Made by a program: the position numbers and the translations under genes | Shown here: positions 39,702-54,624 of the stretch, piece by piece | Position numbering within the stretch: the stretch's first letter is position 1 | Layout: every line of letters starts with the position of its first letter | Source of the DNA: Eledone cirrhosa | Lineage: Eukaryota | Direction: 5' to 3' | Assembly (NCBI GenBank): GCA_964016885.1 | Contig: OZ024741.1 | Location: forward strand, 34,844,001-34,908,000 | DNA length: 64,000 bases | Notes under the pieces: model-generated | Database searches by the model: none | Seen by the model: only the letters and a program-made list of their open reading frames with translations | What the model was told of the DNA's origin: nothing

Positions 39702-41673
39702 AAGCAGAGGAAAGAAAGTTCAAGCATGTTCTACAATGTGAGGACCAAAAACGTGAAGTGTTCAGGATTGCTAGGCAATGTGTCAAGGAAAACAGTGATA
39801 TTGTCGGGGAGAAGTGTGTCCTAAATGATGATGGTGTACTTGCCATCACTGACGCTGATAAGAAGGTAGCTTGGAAGTGTCACTACGAAAGGCTACTAAA
39901 TGAGGAGAATAATTGGGAGAAAGACAGTCTCCCCCACATCGACCCAATAGAGGGACCAGCAGTGCAAGTTGAAGGTAGTATAATAAGTAAGGCGATCAAA
40001 GACATGAAGACGGGCAAGGCGGCCGGGCCTTCGGAAATAGTTGCTGAAATGCTGAAAGCTTCTGGAACGATGGGACACACCATGGTCACCCGGATAGTAA
40101 ACCAACTCATACAGAATGGGGTCGTTCCGAAGGACTGGCGCAGCAGCAGCATCATTAACTGCTACAAGGGTAAAGGTGATGCCCTAGATAGGGGAAACTA
40201 TAGAGGCATTAAATTAATTGACCAGGTCATGAAGGTCACAGAAAAAGTAATAGCGCAACTAATCAGAGAGCGAATTGATCTAGACGAAATGCAGTTCGGG
40301 TTTGTGTCAGGTAAAAGTACAACAGACATTCTTTTCATTGTACAACAACTACAGGAGAAGTACCTAGCTAAATGTAAACCCCTATACTTAGCTTTTGTCG
40401 ACTTGGAGAAAGCCTTCGACAGAGTCCCCCCGCTCGATTATCTGGTGGGCTCTTAGAAAACTAGGTGTTGATGAATGGCTTGTGAGAGCTATACAAGCCA
40501 TGTATAAAGAAACAGTCAGCAAGGTTAGAATTAACAACGAATATAGTGAAGAGTTTAGCGTAAAAGTTGGTGTTCATCAGGGCTCCGTCCTTAGCCCCCT
40601 ACTATTTATTATTGCCCTTCAGGCTATAACAGAGGAGTTCAAGACCGGCTGCCCATGGGAACTCCTATATGCAAATGATCTAACGCTCATAGCTGAATCA
40701 ATGGCTGAACTAGAGAAGAAATTCCAAACATGGAAGCATGGCCTAGAATCAAAAGGCCTTAAAGTTAACTTGTCTAAGACTAAAGTTCTAGTTTGTAGGA
40801 AGGAAAATAGGGCACCGGTCCCATCTGGGAAATGGCCATGCTCAGTGTGTAGGAAAGGAGTAGGTAGAAACTCCATTTTATGTCCCAAATGCAAAGTATG
40901 GGTACATAAAAGATGTAGTGGGATCACAGGTAAACTAACTAAGAATATAGATTTTATATGTGGCCGGTGCTCTGGTGCAATAAGTAGCAGCAAGTGCCCA
41001 CAGAATACTAACTCATTCCATTGCACAGATGGTTCTATAGAAATAGTGGAGAGCTTCCGTTACCTGGGTGATAAAATCAGCAGTGGGGGAGTGTGCTCTG
41101 AAAGTACAGTAGCTAGAGTCAGAACGGAATGGAAAAAGTTCAGAGAGCTTATACCACTATTGGCCGCTAAAGGGTTCTCTCTAAAAATGAAAGGCAGGCT
41201 GTATGATGCCTGCATACGAACAGCAATGTTACATGGCAGTGAGACCTGGGCATTGTGTGCAGAGGATATACGCAGACTGGAGAGAAACGAAGCTTGCATG
41301 CTCCGCTGGATGTGTAATAGTAATATACGTGAACAGCAAAGCATAAACGAACTAAGGGAGAAATTAGAAATAAGAGGGAGCAGATGTTGTTTACTCAAGA
41401 GAAGACTACGTTGGTACGGTCACGTGATGCGCATGAAAGACGACAGCTGTATAAAAAAGTGCAGGGCAATAAAAATAGACGGTAGCCACGGAGTAGGCAG
41501 ACCCATAAAAACCTGGGACGACTTGATAAATTCCGACCTCACACACTTACACCTCTCCAAGACAATGTCACTGGACCGAGACCTTTGGCGATACTCAGTA
41601 ATAGAGAAGACGCGCCTTACCTAAATACAAAGTAAAACCTACTACAGTCAGTAGGCATCTCTAACAAAATACA
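39702..41673 (+). mobile_element. RTE LINE (subfamily B), 5'-truncated, 3'UTR truncated
   Basis: ORFs 39374-40456 and 40395-41624 (one frameshift near 40430; YADD mutated to YAND). Confidence 0.95.
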
Positions 41674-41814
41674 GGGGATGAAATTTTAGTAAGTAAGTAA
41701 ATTTTTATAATTTTCTTTCTTGCATTGAATCACAAAGTTACTAAGACAAAACCTATATATTTGCTAGCATAGGTATACATCTGTATATATATGTTGGTAG
41801 ATATACTAATTCTT

Positions 41815-41963
<149 letters not shown>

Positions 41964-42076
41964 ATATATATCATCATCATCATCATCATCGTTTAACGTC
42001 CATGTTCCACGCTTGCATGGGTTTGGACGGGAGTTTTCCCACTTGAGGCAAGATATATATATATATATATATATGT

Positions 42077-42565
42077 AGGGGCTCCCACAGGAGCACTGAG
42101 TGCAATGTCAACTCTGGATGTCGGTGAGCATGTCCAGCCAACCTCAGTCTCCTCTGTGTCATTTTTGAGCTGACTTTTGGGATGCTCCCATACAGCTCTG
42201 AGTCTTTCATCCTCAGTGTATACTGATTAATGTTCAGAGCCATCCTCAGCATTCTCGTGTAGCACCCATCCACCATCTGAGTGAGTTTCTTGGTCAGTGT
42301 CCAAGTCTCAGACCCATACAGCAGCACAGACTCCACTACAGCAATGAAGAGGCGGATTTTCAGGTCTCTACGAAGGTCCGACTTCCACACCGATCTCAAG
42401 CATGGACACACTAGAAGAGGAAGACCAAGGTTAACGTATGTTGATGCCCTAAGGACAGACACTGGTCTGTTGGAGATGCAGGACATGGCAGCGATAATGA
42501 GGGACAGAGACCGCTGGAGAGGACTCGTCCATGGATCTCGGGAATTTTACCCGCCTTAGATAGAT
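42077..42565. mobile_element. RTE-like LINE 3' end (distinct family) with a 5' inversion
   Basis: Minus segment 42077-42394 ends LLWEP(L); plus segment 42395-42559 begins (L)KHGHTRRGRP and ends at a stop followed by a TAGA tail. Confidence 0.85.
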
Positions 42566-42582
42566 ATATATATATATATATA

Positions 42583-42665
42583 CTAGCAGAATGGCCTGGC
42601 ATTGCTCAGGATTTGCTATAGGGTTCTTATATATTTGATATATATTTATCCTTATCGAACCTCAT
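42583..42665 (-). mobile_element. Helitron 3' terminus
   Basis: Minus strand cctgagcaatgccagg hairpin followed by ccattctgCTAG|T; related sequence at ~11520-11565. Confidence 0.7.
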
Positions 42666-42674
42666 GAAATAAAT

Positions 42675-44947
42675 ACCCTCCCCCACTGCTGATTTTGTCA
42701 CACAGGTAACGGAAGGTGTCCACTATTTCTATAGAACCATCTGTGCAATGGAATGAGCTAGTATTTTGTGGGCACTTGCTGCTTCTTATTGCGCCAGAGC
42801 ACCGGCCACATATAAAATCTATATTCTTAGTTAGCTTACCTGTGATCCCACTACATCTTTTATGCACCCATACTTTGCATTTGGGACATAAAATAGAGTT
42901 TCTACGTACTCCTTTCCTACACACTGAGCATGGCCATTTCCCAGATGGGACCGGTGCCCTATTTTCCTTCCTACAAACTAGAACTTTAGTCTTAGACAGG
43001 TTAATTTTAAGGCCTTTTGATTCTAGGCCATGCTTCCATGTTTGGAATTTCTTCTCTAGTTCGGCCATTGATTCAGCTATGAGCGTTAGATCATCTGTGT
43101 ATATGAGTTCCTATGGGCAGCCGGTCTTGAACTCCACTGTTATAGCCTGAAGGGCAATAATAAATAGTAGGGGGCTAAGAACGGAGCCCTGATGAACACC
43201 AACTTTTACGCTAAACTCTTCACTATATTCGTTGTTAATTCTAACCTTGCTGACTGTTTCTTTATACATGGCTTGTATAGCTCTCACAAGCCATTCATCA
43301 ACACCTAGTTTTCTAAGAGCCCACCAGATAATGGAACGGAGGACTCTGTCGAAGGCTTTCTCCAAGTCGACAAAAGCTAAGTATAGGGGTTTACTTTTAG
43401 CTAGGTACTTCTCCTGTAGTTGTCGTACAATGAAAATAGTGTCTGTGGTACTTTTACCTGACACAAACCCGAACTGCATTTCATCTAGATCAATTCTCTC
43501 TCTGATTAGTTGCGCTATTACTTTTTCTGTGACCTTCATGACCGGGTCGATTAATTTAATGCCTCTATAGTTACACCTATCTAGGGCATCTCCTTTACCA
43601 TTATAGCAGTTAATGATGATGCTGCTACGCCAGTCCTTTGGAACAACCCCATTCTGTATGACTTGGTTTACTATCCAGGTGACCATGGTGTGTCCCATCG
43701 TTCCAGAAGCTTTCAGCATTTCAGCAACTATTTCCGAAGGCCCAGCCGCCTTACCCGTCTTCATATCTTTGATTGCCTTACTTATTATACTACCTTCGAC
43801 TAACACTGCTGGTCCCTCTATTGGATCAATGTGGAGGAGACTGTCTTTCTCCCATTTATTCTCCTCATTTAGTAGCCTTTCGCAGTGACACTTCCAAGCT
43901 ACCTTCTTATCAGCGTCAGTGATGGCAAGTACACCATCATCATTAAGGACACACTTCTCCCCGACAATATCACGGTTTTCCTTGACACATTGCCTAGCAA
44001 TCCTGAACACCTCACGTTTTTGGTCCTCGCGTTGTAGAACATACTTGAACTTTCTTTCCTCTGCTTCCCTTCTTGCGAAGTACACTTGTCTCCTAGCTTC
44101 CCTCCTGGCCACTTGATAGTCTTCTCTACTTCCCCCATCCCGCCATACTTTCCAAGACTGCTTTTTGGCCTTAATTGACTCCTCCACCTTACTGTTCCAC
44201 CACCATGTTACTCTCCTCCTGCCTATAAGCCTGCTCCAGCCACAGACTTCGTCTGCCGCCATCAGCAGGTTTGCTTTCAGGAATTCCCACTGTTCCTCTA
44301 TATTGTACGACTCTAAATGTTCTTCCTTACTGTCGAAAGCATCAAGTAATATGCTTTGAAATTTATTTCTGGCTGTGGGGTCCTTTAGCTTCCATATTTT
44401 TCTCCTGAGGATAGTCCTCTTCTGTTGTCGAGTACGTCTCGTCCTGACTATGAGGTCGCTAATTATCAGTCTATGTTGGGAGGTGCATTCTTCATGGGGG
44501 TGGGATTTAGTGTTTACAACAGACACTCTGTCACGTCTTCTGGTAAGAATATAATCTACCTGGCTGGTATGTTCCCCTGATCTGTAGGTGATCAAGTGAT
44601 TGTCTCGTTTTTTGAAGTTAGTGTTACAGATAGTTAGGTTATTTGCGTCAAAGCATTCCAGGATTCTAGAGCCTTCCTCATTTCTAGTACCAAACCCATA
44701 GCCCCCGTGAATTCCGTCATAGCCGTCCAACGTGACCATTTAGGTCGCCAGCAATAATTATATAGTCACTGTCGGTTACTTGGGAGGTAGTGAGCATCAG
44801 TGTCTCATAGAATCTGTCTTTTATAGCGCCAGGCAGTCCGGATTGGGGTGCATACGCAGATATTACTGTCACAGTAGTTCTATTTAGAACAAGTCTTATT
44901 TTAATTATTCTGTCATTCACTCTATTTACGTCTATTATCTTATCCAT
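42675..44947 (-). mobile_element. RTE LINE (subfamily B), APE + RT, truncated at both ends
   Basis: ORFs 44717-44983 (ISAYAPQ, GDLNGHVG), 43111-44739 and 42652-43068. Confidence 0.95.
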
Positions 44948-44987
<40 letters not shown>

Positions 44988-45009
44988 ATATATACATGTA
45001 TATATATAT

Positions 45010-47070
<2,061 letters not shown>

Positions 47071-47208
47071 TTAGAAAGTGAGGTTTTTTTTACAAAATGA
47101 AAAATAACCGAGGTGTCCTACACGAGTGAAAGTATAAAGAAAAAGAGATGAAATCGAAAATGCAACTGGAGTCTTATTTTTAAATAAAATATATATATTT
47201 ATTTGGTT

Positions 47209-47246
47209 CCTTTACTGGTTTCGCAGTTCTTCTGCTTTTCAAAAGG
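47209..47246 (-). ncRNA. minimal hammerhead ribozyme, U3-A8 core variant (family B)
   Basis: Minus strand: cctt-TTGAAAA-gcag-aagaa-ctgc-GAAA-CCAGTA-aagg. Confidence 0.65.
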
Positions 47247-49557
47247 TGAGTTGAGATGGAGGGTCTGTGGTTTTTCTCACATCTGGTTGGTCTCGGAATG
47301 TTACTTGTTTTATATGGAAAAAGTGGCTCGAAATGCCAGGTTTTTCGAAAAGTAATTTGATTGGTTTGTCAATAATTATAATAAATTTCGCGCCAGTTCG
47401 CGTTACAATAGTTCTTCAAATTAGAGGGGGGGTTTGTCACAGGTTGTTTTTTCATATATGAGTGTTTGAATTTCTTTTTACTTGAAAAAAGGAGGCTCAC
47501 GAAGGCTTTTTTGGGGGTTGGTTATAAATAAAATTATGGCTGTCACGTGAACAAATTTTCATTAAATTTTTGTGCCCTTATTTGGAAATCCATTCTGTAG
47601 CCTTTTTAGAGAATTTTTTGATAAGTGAAAGATAATGGTCAAGAGAAAAGGATGGGAGAATTGTTCTGGTTCAGTGAATATGGTTAGTTCGCTGGGGTGT
47701 CAGAATTCAGATTTTCTATTGAATAAAGAAAGTAAAGATATGTGTGTTTATTTGTGTGCTTGTGTGTGTGTGCGTGTGTGTGTGTGTGTATTTGAATTTC
47801 TTTACTTTAAAAAAAGGTGGCTCACGAAGGCTTTTTTTTAATAAACGTGATTTAATTGGTTATAAATGAAATTTGGCTGTCACGTGAACAAGTTTTCATT
47901 ACATTTTTGCGCCCTTATTTGGAAAACTATTCTGTCGTCTTTATAGCGAATGTTATGACAATGGAAAGATAGTGGTCAAGAGAAATGGGATTGGGAGAAT
48001 TGTTCTGGTTCAGTGAATATGGTTAGTTCGTTGGGGTGTCAGAGTTCAGATTTTCTATTGAAGTGAAGATATGTATGTTTATTTGTGTGCTTGTGTGTGT
48101 GTATGTGTGTGTGTGTGTGTGTATTGGAAGATGATTCTAAATGTGTGTGTGTATATGGGTGTTATGTGTGTGTGTGCGAGTATGTTAAGATGGAGAGAAT
48201 ATATATTGTGTGTGTATATATATGTGTGTAGGAAAGTGGTTCTATTAGTAGAAATGGGGAGGGAGTTGTGGGTGTGGGGGTTGTTATGTGTGTGTATGGG
48301 TGTTATGTGTGTGGGAGTATGGTTAGCATGTTAAGATGAAGAGAATATATATATATATATTGTGTGTGTGTGTATGTGTGTGTGTAGGAAAGTGATTCCT
48401 TTAGTAGGAATATTTTTGAATGAACATATTTTCCTTACTTATTCGTGTTTGCTGTTGTATTGCCAGTGCAAACGTATGTTAAGGTTTATTTAGTTCGGGT
48501 TTTTATTTTCTAAAGTAGAAGGTGTTATGTGTGTGTCTGTATGTCATATTATGGTGTTGACATAATGTATATTAAACCATATTTAATGTTGGTCTATATT
48601 TTTGAATAAACATATTTTCATTATTTATTCGCATTTGTTCTGTTGTATTGTTAGTGCAAAGGTAAAATTGGAAGACTTGGAATTTGGGTGTCTTATTACT
48701 TGCGCAAATGTCTAGATGTGCACTTAGTGGTATCTGTCTCGTGGTTGGATCTCGTAATTGTTGGCGATGAACTGTCATTCTGTTTCTGAGTGTGAGTTTA
48801 GTTTGTCCTATATAATCTTCATTGCATCCTTTACATTTAATGGCATAAATTAGATTTTTTGATGAGCAAGTGAAGTGATTTTTTACAGTAAAATTTTGTC
48901 CTGATTTAAATGTATACGTGTTGCCTTCAATGAGGTGAGTGCAGGTTCCACAATTAGAGCGACCACATTTTTTGATACTTGGTTGTGGGTTTGTGGTAGG
49001 TAATTTGGCATTGGTGAGTAATGTTTTCAGTGATTTTGGTTGTCTTTTGCTTTTGATTATTTTGTGTGTTTCAAGGGCTTTTTTCATTCTTGGGTTTTGT
49101 TTTAGTAGTGGGATGTTATTGTGAATAGTGTTGTAAGCTTCCGCATTTCTTGGGTTGTGTGATGAGATATATGATAGAATATTGGACGTTCCTTGAATTT
49201 GTTTCTGTTTTCGTAATTCATCAATGCCTATTGATTTAATGAAAATTTGTTCACGTGACAGCCATAATTTTATATATAACCAACCCCAAAAAAGCCTTCG
49301 TGAGCCTCCTTTTTTCAAGTAAAAAGAAATTCAAACACTCATATATGAAAAAACAACCTGTGACAACGCCCCCCCCCCCTTTATTTGAAGAACTATTGTA
49401 ACGCGAACTGGCGCGAAATTTATTATAATTATTGACAAACCAATCAAATTACTTCTCGAAAAACCTGGCATTTCGAGCCACTTTTTCCATATAAAACAAG
49501 TAACATTCAGAGACCAACCAGATGTGAGAAAAACCACAGACCCTCCATCTCAACTCA

Positions 49558-49595
49558 CCTTTTGAAAAGCAGAAGAACTGCGAAACCGGTAAAGG
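49558..49595 (+). ncRNA. minimal hammerhead ribozyme, U3-A8 core variant (family B)
   Basis: cctt-TTGAAAA-gcag-aagaa-ctgc-GAAA-CCGGTA-aagg; palindromic stem III ACCGGT, GUA site. Confidence 0.72.
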
Positions 49596-49675
49596 AACCA
49601 AATAAATATATATATTTTAAAAAAAAATAAGACTCCAGTTGCATTTTCGATTTCATCTCTTTTTCTATATATACA

Positions 49676-49733
<58 letters not shown>

Positions 49734-49748
49734 CATATATATATACAC

Positions 49749-49849
<101 letters not shown>

Positions 49850-49864
49850 CATATATATATATAC

Positions 49865-49895
<31 letters not shown>

Positions 49896-49896
49896 C

Positions 49897-50087
<191 letters not shown>

Positions 50088-50096
50088 CATATATAC

Positions 50097-50127
<31 letters not shown>

Positions 50128-50218
50128 CATATATACATATATATATATATACATACATACATATATACATACATATATATGAAATATAAGAATCAAAGAA
50201 CTGTTCAAAACATTATTG

Positions 50219-50265
50219 TGCTTACAGCTGTTTCCTCCAAACCGAGGTTTGGATTCTTCGGAGCA
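50219..50265 (-). ncRNA. hammerhead ribozyme motif, C4 variant (family C), mirror copy
   Basis: Reverse complement of 51145-51191. Confidence 0.65.
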
Positions 50266-51144
50266 ATTTATTAATGCATGGACAGTTATATGACCTCCTT
50301 TTCAGTCGAGAGACATACCAATACATATTCAAACATTGATACATATTCAAACATTGAGGGTCAACATTCATTACAGAATTTAGAGTGGCAGTACACACTT
50401 TGAGATTACATTTATATTAATAGGTACAATCAAAAATCAAGGATATAGGTTAAAGTACAACATGAAGATAAGTGGTTATATAGTGCAAATGTTATATGTG
50501 TGGCACGCATGTGCGTCTTGTTTATATAGTGTGGCAGAGAGATATGTGTGGTAGAGGCACTTAGGTAGGTAAATAAGAGTGTTAGGTTGGTAGATCTGGT
50601 GGCAAAGTCTTTATATGATTGATATAGTCTGTGTGTGGAGAAATATTATAAGCATTAAAGATAGTGCAAGCATTAAAAGTGTTATAAGTATTGGAGATGC
50701 GCAGCGCAGGGATGTCAAGTAATTCATGTACTTTTAATGCTTGCACTATCTTTAATGCTTATAATATTTCTCCACACACAGACTATATCAATCATATAAA
50801 GACTTTGCCACCAGATCTACCAACCTAACACTCTTATTTACCTACCTAAGTGCCTCTACCACACATATCTCTCTGCCACACTATATAAACAAGACGCACA
50901 TGCGTGCCACACATATAACATTTGCACTATATAACCACTTATCTTCATGTTGTACTTTAACCTATATCCTTGATTTTTGATTGTACCTATTAATATAAAT
51001 GTAATCTCAAAGTGTGTACTGCCACTCTAAATTCTGTAATGAATGTTGACCCTCAATGTTTGAATATGTATCAATGTTTGAATATGTATTGGTATGTCTC
51101 TCGACTGAAAAGGAGGTCATATAACTGTCCATGCATTAATAAAT

Positions 51145-51191
51145 TGCTCCGAAGAATCCAAACCTCGGTTTGGAGGAAACAGCTGTAAGCA
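51145..51191 (+). ncRNA. hammerhead ribozyme motif, C4 variant (family C)
   Basis: tgct-CCGAAGA-a-tccaaac-ctcg-gtttgga-g-GAAA-CAGCTGTA-agca; palindromic stem III ACAGCTGT. Confidence 0.65.
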
Positions 51192-51421
51192 CAATAATGT
51201 TTTGAACAGTTCTTTGATTCTTATATTTCATATAACTGCTCTGTAAATCATCTGATGTTTTTACATTGAGCTACTTAACTTACTGGTAATAAGGTAGTAA
51301 TACATTACTGCCTACCACTATTTAGGGTGTGTGTAAAATACTTACAACTGCTTAAGGTTTTGTGTTTACATAACCATAAATAGTATAACTAATACTATAT
51401 ATATATATATATATACATACA

Positions 51422-51471
<50 letters not shown>

Positions 51472-51496
51472 CATACATATATATATATATACATAC

Positions 51497-51547
<51 letters not shown>

Positions 51548-51608
51548 CATACATATATATATATATACATATATATATACATATATATATACATATATAT
51601 ATACATAC

Positions 51609-51639
<31 letters not shown>

Positions 51640-51664
51640 CATACATACATATATATATATATAC

Positions 51665-51694
<30 letters not shown>

Positions 51695-51697
<3 letters not shown>

Positions 51698-52792
51698 GAT
51701 TTTACATGTGGCCGGTGTTCTGGTGCAATAAGTAGCAGCAAGTGCCCACAAAATACTAGCTCTTTCAATTGCGCAGAGGGTTCTATAGAAATAGTGGACA
51801 GCTTCCGTTACCTGGGCGATAAAATCAGCAGTGGGGGAGGGTGCTCTGAAAGTACTGTAGCTAGAGTCAGAACTGGTTGGAAAAAGTTCAGAGAGCTTAT
51901 ACCACTATTAGCTGCTAAAGGGTTCTCCCTAAAAATGAAAGGCAGGTTGTACGATGCCTGCATACGAACAGCAATGTTGCATGGCAGTGAGACATGGGCA
52001 TTGTGGGCAGAGGATATACGCAGACTAGAGAGGAACGAAGCTTGCATGCTCCGCTGGATGTGTAACAGTAATATACGTGAACGGCAAAGCATAAACGAAC
52101 TAAGGAAAAAATTAGAGATGAGAGGGATCAGTTGCTGTTTACTCGAGAGAAGGCTACATTGGTATGGACACGTGATGCGCATGAAAGTCGATAGCTGTAT
52201 AACAAAGTGCAGGGCAATAAAGATAGACGGTAGCCACGGAATAGGCAGACCTAGAAAAACCTGGGACGAGCTGATAAACTCCGACCTCACACACTTACAC
52301 CTCTCCAAGACAATGTCACTGGACCGAGACCTTTGGCGGTACTCAGTAACAGAGAAGACCCGCCTTACCTAAATATATAGTAAAACCTACTCCAGCCAGT
52401 AGGCATCTCTAACAAAATACACCCCGTCCCACCACCACCACCACCACCCCATCCACACCACCCCCACCCCATCCACACCACCCCGTCCTATGTAAAGTTA
52501 TGTTGGTGCCGCGCCATCCAGGCCGAAACAAATGAGATCGTGTAGGTGTCACGACAAAAAAACACACAGTCCACGCTGTAATGTGGCCGTGTAGGCAACA
52601 CGGTAAAAACCTCCCAAACCCACACTGTAAATGTGGTTGGTGTTAGGAAGGGCATCCAACTGTAGAAAACCTGCCAGACAGTCCTATGCGAGCAAGACAA
52701 TCACTCTTGCCTCAAGTGGGACTACCCAAGTCCAAACCCATGCAAGCGTGGAACACGGACGTTAAACGTTGATGATGATGATGATGATGATG

Positions 52793-52794
<2 letters not shown>
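51695..52794 (+). mobile_element. RTE LINE (subfamily B), 5'-truncated
   Basis: ORF 51794-52372, 3'UTR and (GAT)n tail; both ends in (TA)n. Confidence 0.93.
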
Positions 52795-52838
<44 letters not shown>

Positions 52839-52840
52839 TA

Positions 52841-54381
52841 TGGGCTCTTAGAAAACTAGGTGTTGACAAATGGCTTGTCACAGCTATACAACCCATGTAT
52901 AAAGAAACAGTCAGCAAGGTTAGAATTAACAACGAATATAGCAAAGAGTTTAGCGTAAAAGTTGGTGTCCATCAGGGCTCTGTTCTTAGCCCCCTACTAT
53001 TTATTATTGCCCTTCAGGCTATAACAGAGGAGTTCAAGACCGGCTGCCCATGGGAACTCCTATACGCAGATGATCTAACGCTCATAGCTGAATCAATGGC
53101 CGAGCTAGAGAAGAAATTCCAAACATGGAAGCACGGCCTAGAATCAAAAGGCCTTAAAATTAACCTGGCTAAGACTAAAGTTCTAGTTTGTAGGAAAGAA
53201 AATAAGGCGCCGGTCCCTTCCGGGAAATGGCCATGCTCAGTGTGTAGGAAAGGCATAGGTAGAAACTCCATTTTATGTCCCAAATGCAAAGTATGGGTGC
53301 ATAAAAGATGTAGTGGGATCACAGGTAAGCTAACTAAGAACATAGATTTTACATGTGGCCGGTGCTCTGGTGCAATAAGTAGCAGCAAGTGCCCCAAAAA
53401 TACTAGCTCTTTCAATTGCGCAGAGGGTTCTATAGAAATAGTGGACAGCTTCCGTTACCTGGGCGATAAAATCAGCAGTGGGGGAGGGTGCTCTGAAAGT
53501 ACAGTAGCTAGAGTCAGAACTGGTTGGAAAAAGTTCAGAGAGCTTATACCACTATTAGCCGCTAAAGGGTTCTCCCTAAGAATGAAAGGCAGGTTGTATG
53601 ATGCCTGCATACGAACAGCAATGTTGCATGGCAGTGAGACCTGGGCATTGTGTGCAGAGGATATACGCAGACTAGAGAGGAACGAAGCTTGCATGCTCCG
53701 CTGGATGTGTAATAGTAACATACGTGAACGGCTAAGCATAAGAGAACTAAGGAAAAAATTAGAAATAAGAGGGATCAGATGTTGTTTACTCGAGAGAAGG
53801 CTACGTTGGTATGGTCACGTGATGCGCATGAAAGACGACAGCTGTATAACAAAGTGCAGGGCAATAAAGATAGACGGTAGCTACGGAGTAGGCAGACCCA
53901 GAAAAACCTGGGACGAGCTGATAAATTCTGACCTCACACACTTACACCTCTCCAAGACAATGTCACTGGACCGAGACCTTTGGCGGTACTCAGTAATAGA
54001 GAAGACCCGCCTTACCTAAATACAAAGTAAAACCTACTACAGCCAGTAGGCATCTCTAACAAAATACACCCCCCCTCCCCACACCATCCACACCGCCCCT
54101 CAATGTAAAGTTATGTTGATCCAGGCCGAAACAAATGAGATCGTGTAGGTGTCACGACAAAAAAAACACACAGTCCACGCTGTAATGTGGCCGTGTAGGC
54201 AACACGGTAAAAACCTCCCAGCCCCACACTGTAAATGTGGTTGGTGTTAGGAAGGGCATCCAGCTGTAGAAAACCCGCCAGACAGTCCTATGCGAGCAAG
54301 ACAATCACTCTTGCCTCAAGTGGGAAAACCCCCGTCCAAACCCATGCAAGCGTGGAACACGGACGTTAAACGTTGATGATG

Positions 54382-54383
<2 letters not shown>
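52841..54383 (+). mobile_element. RTE LINE (subfamily B), 5'-truncated, remaining frame intact
   Basis: Open frame to 54019 (GVHQGSVLSP, YADD, C4HC3 finger, YLG); (GAT)n tail; both ends in (TA)n. Confidence 0.95.
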
Positions 54384-54460
<77 letters not shown>

Positions 54461-54515
54461 TATTATAATGAAGTGACAGGAGGCTGGATTTGTGTAAATC
54501 CTTGAAAGGTTTATT

Positions 54516-54576
54516 ATACTATGATCATTTCAATGACCGGCGGGTTCCGTATGAATCCGGTGATATCATCAGGTAT
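54516..54576 (-). ncRNA. hammerhead ribozyme motif with extended stem II (family D)
   Basis: Minus strand: atac-CTGATGA-tatc-accgg...ccggt-catt-GAAA-TGATCATA-gtat; palindromic stem III ATGATCAT, AUA site. Confidence 0.6.
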
Positions 54577-54624
54577 TCGAAATATAATACGTGAATGTAA
54601 TAGATAAAATCCATGGGGCTGAAA

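Larger units (their letters stand above)
47071..49667 (-). mobile_element. Penelope-like element (Neptune/Naiad-type GIY-YIG), 5'-truncated, with inverted pseudo-LTR
   Basis: ORF 48572-~49235: CGRSNCGTC, TCSSKNLIYAIKCKGCNEDYIGQT, R...H, GIY-YIG. The 3' region 47138-47565 is repeated inverted at 49235-49667; flanked by (TA)n. Confidence 0.9.
50176..51395. mobile_element. PLE-like pseudo-LTR foldback (505-bp inverted repeat, 49-bp spacer) in a (TA)n array
   Basis: Arms 50176-50680 and 50730-51234 are colinear reverse complements; each arm contains a hammerhead motif. Confidence 0.8.
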
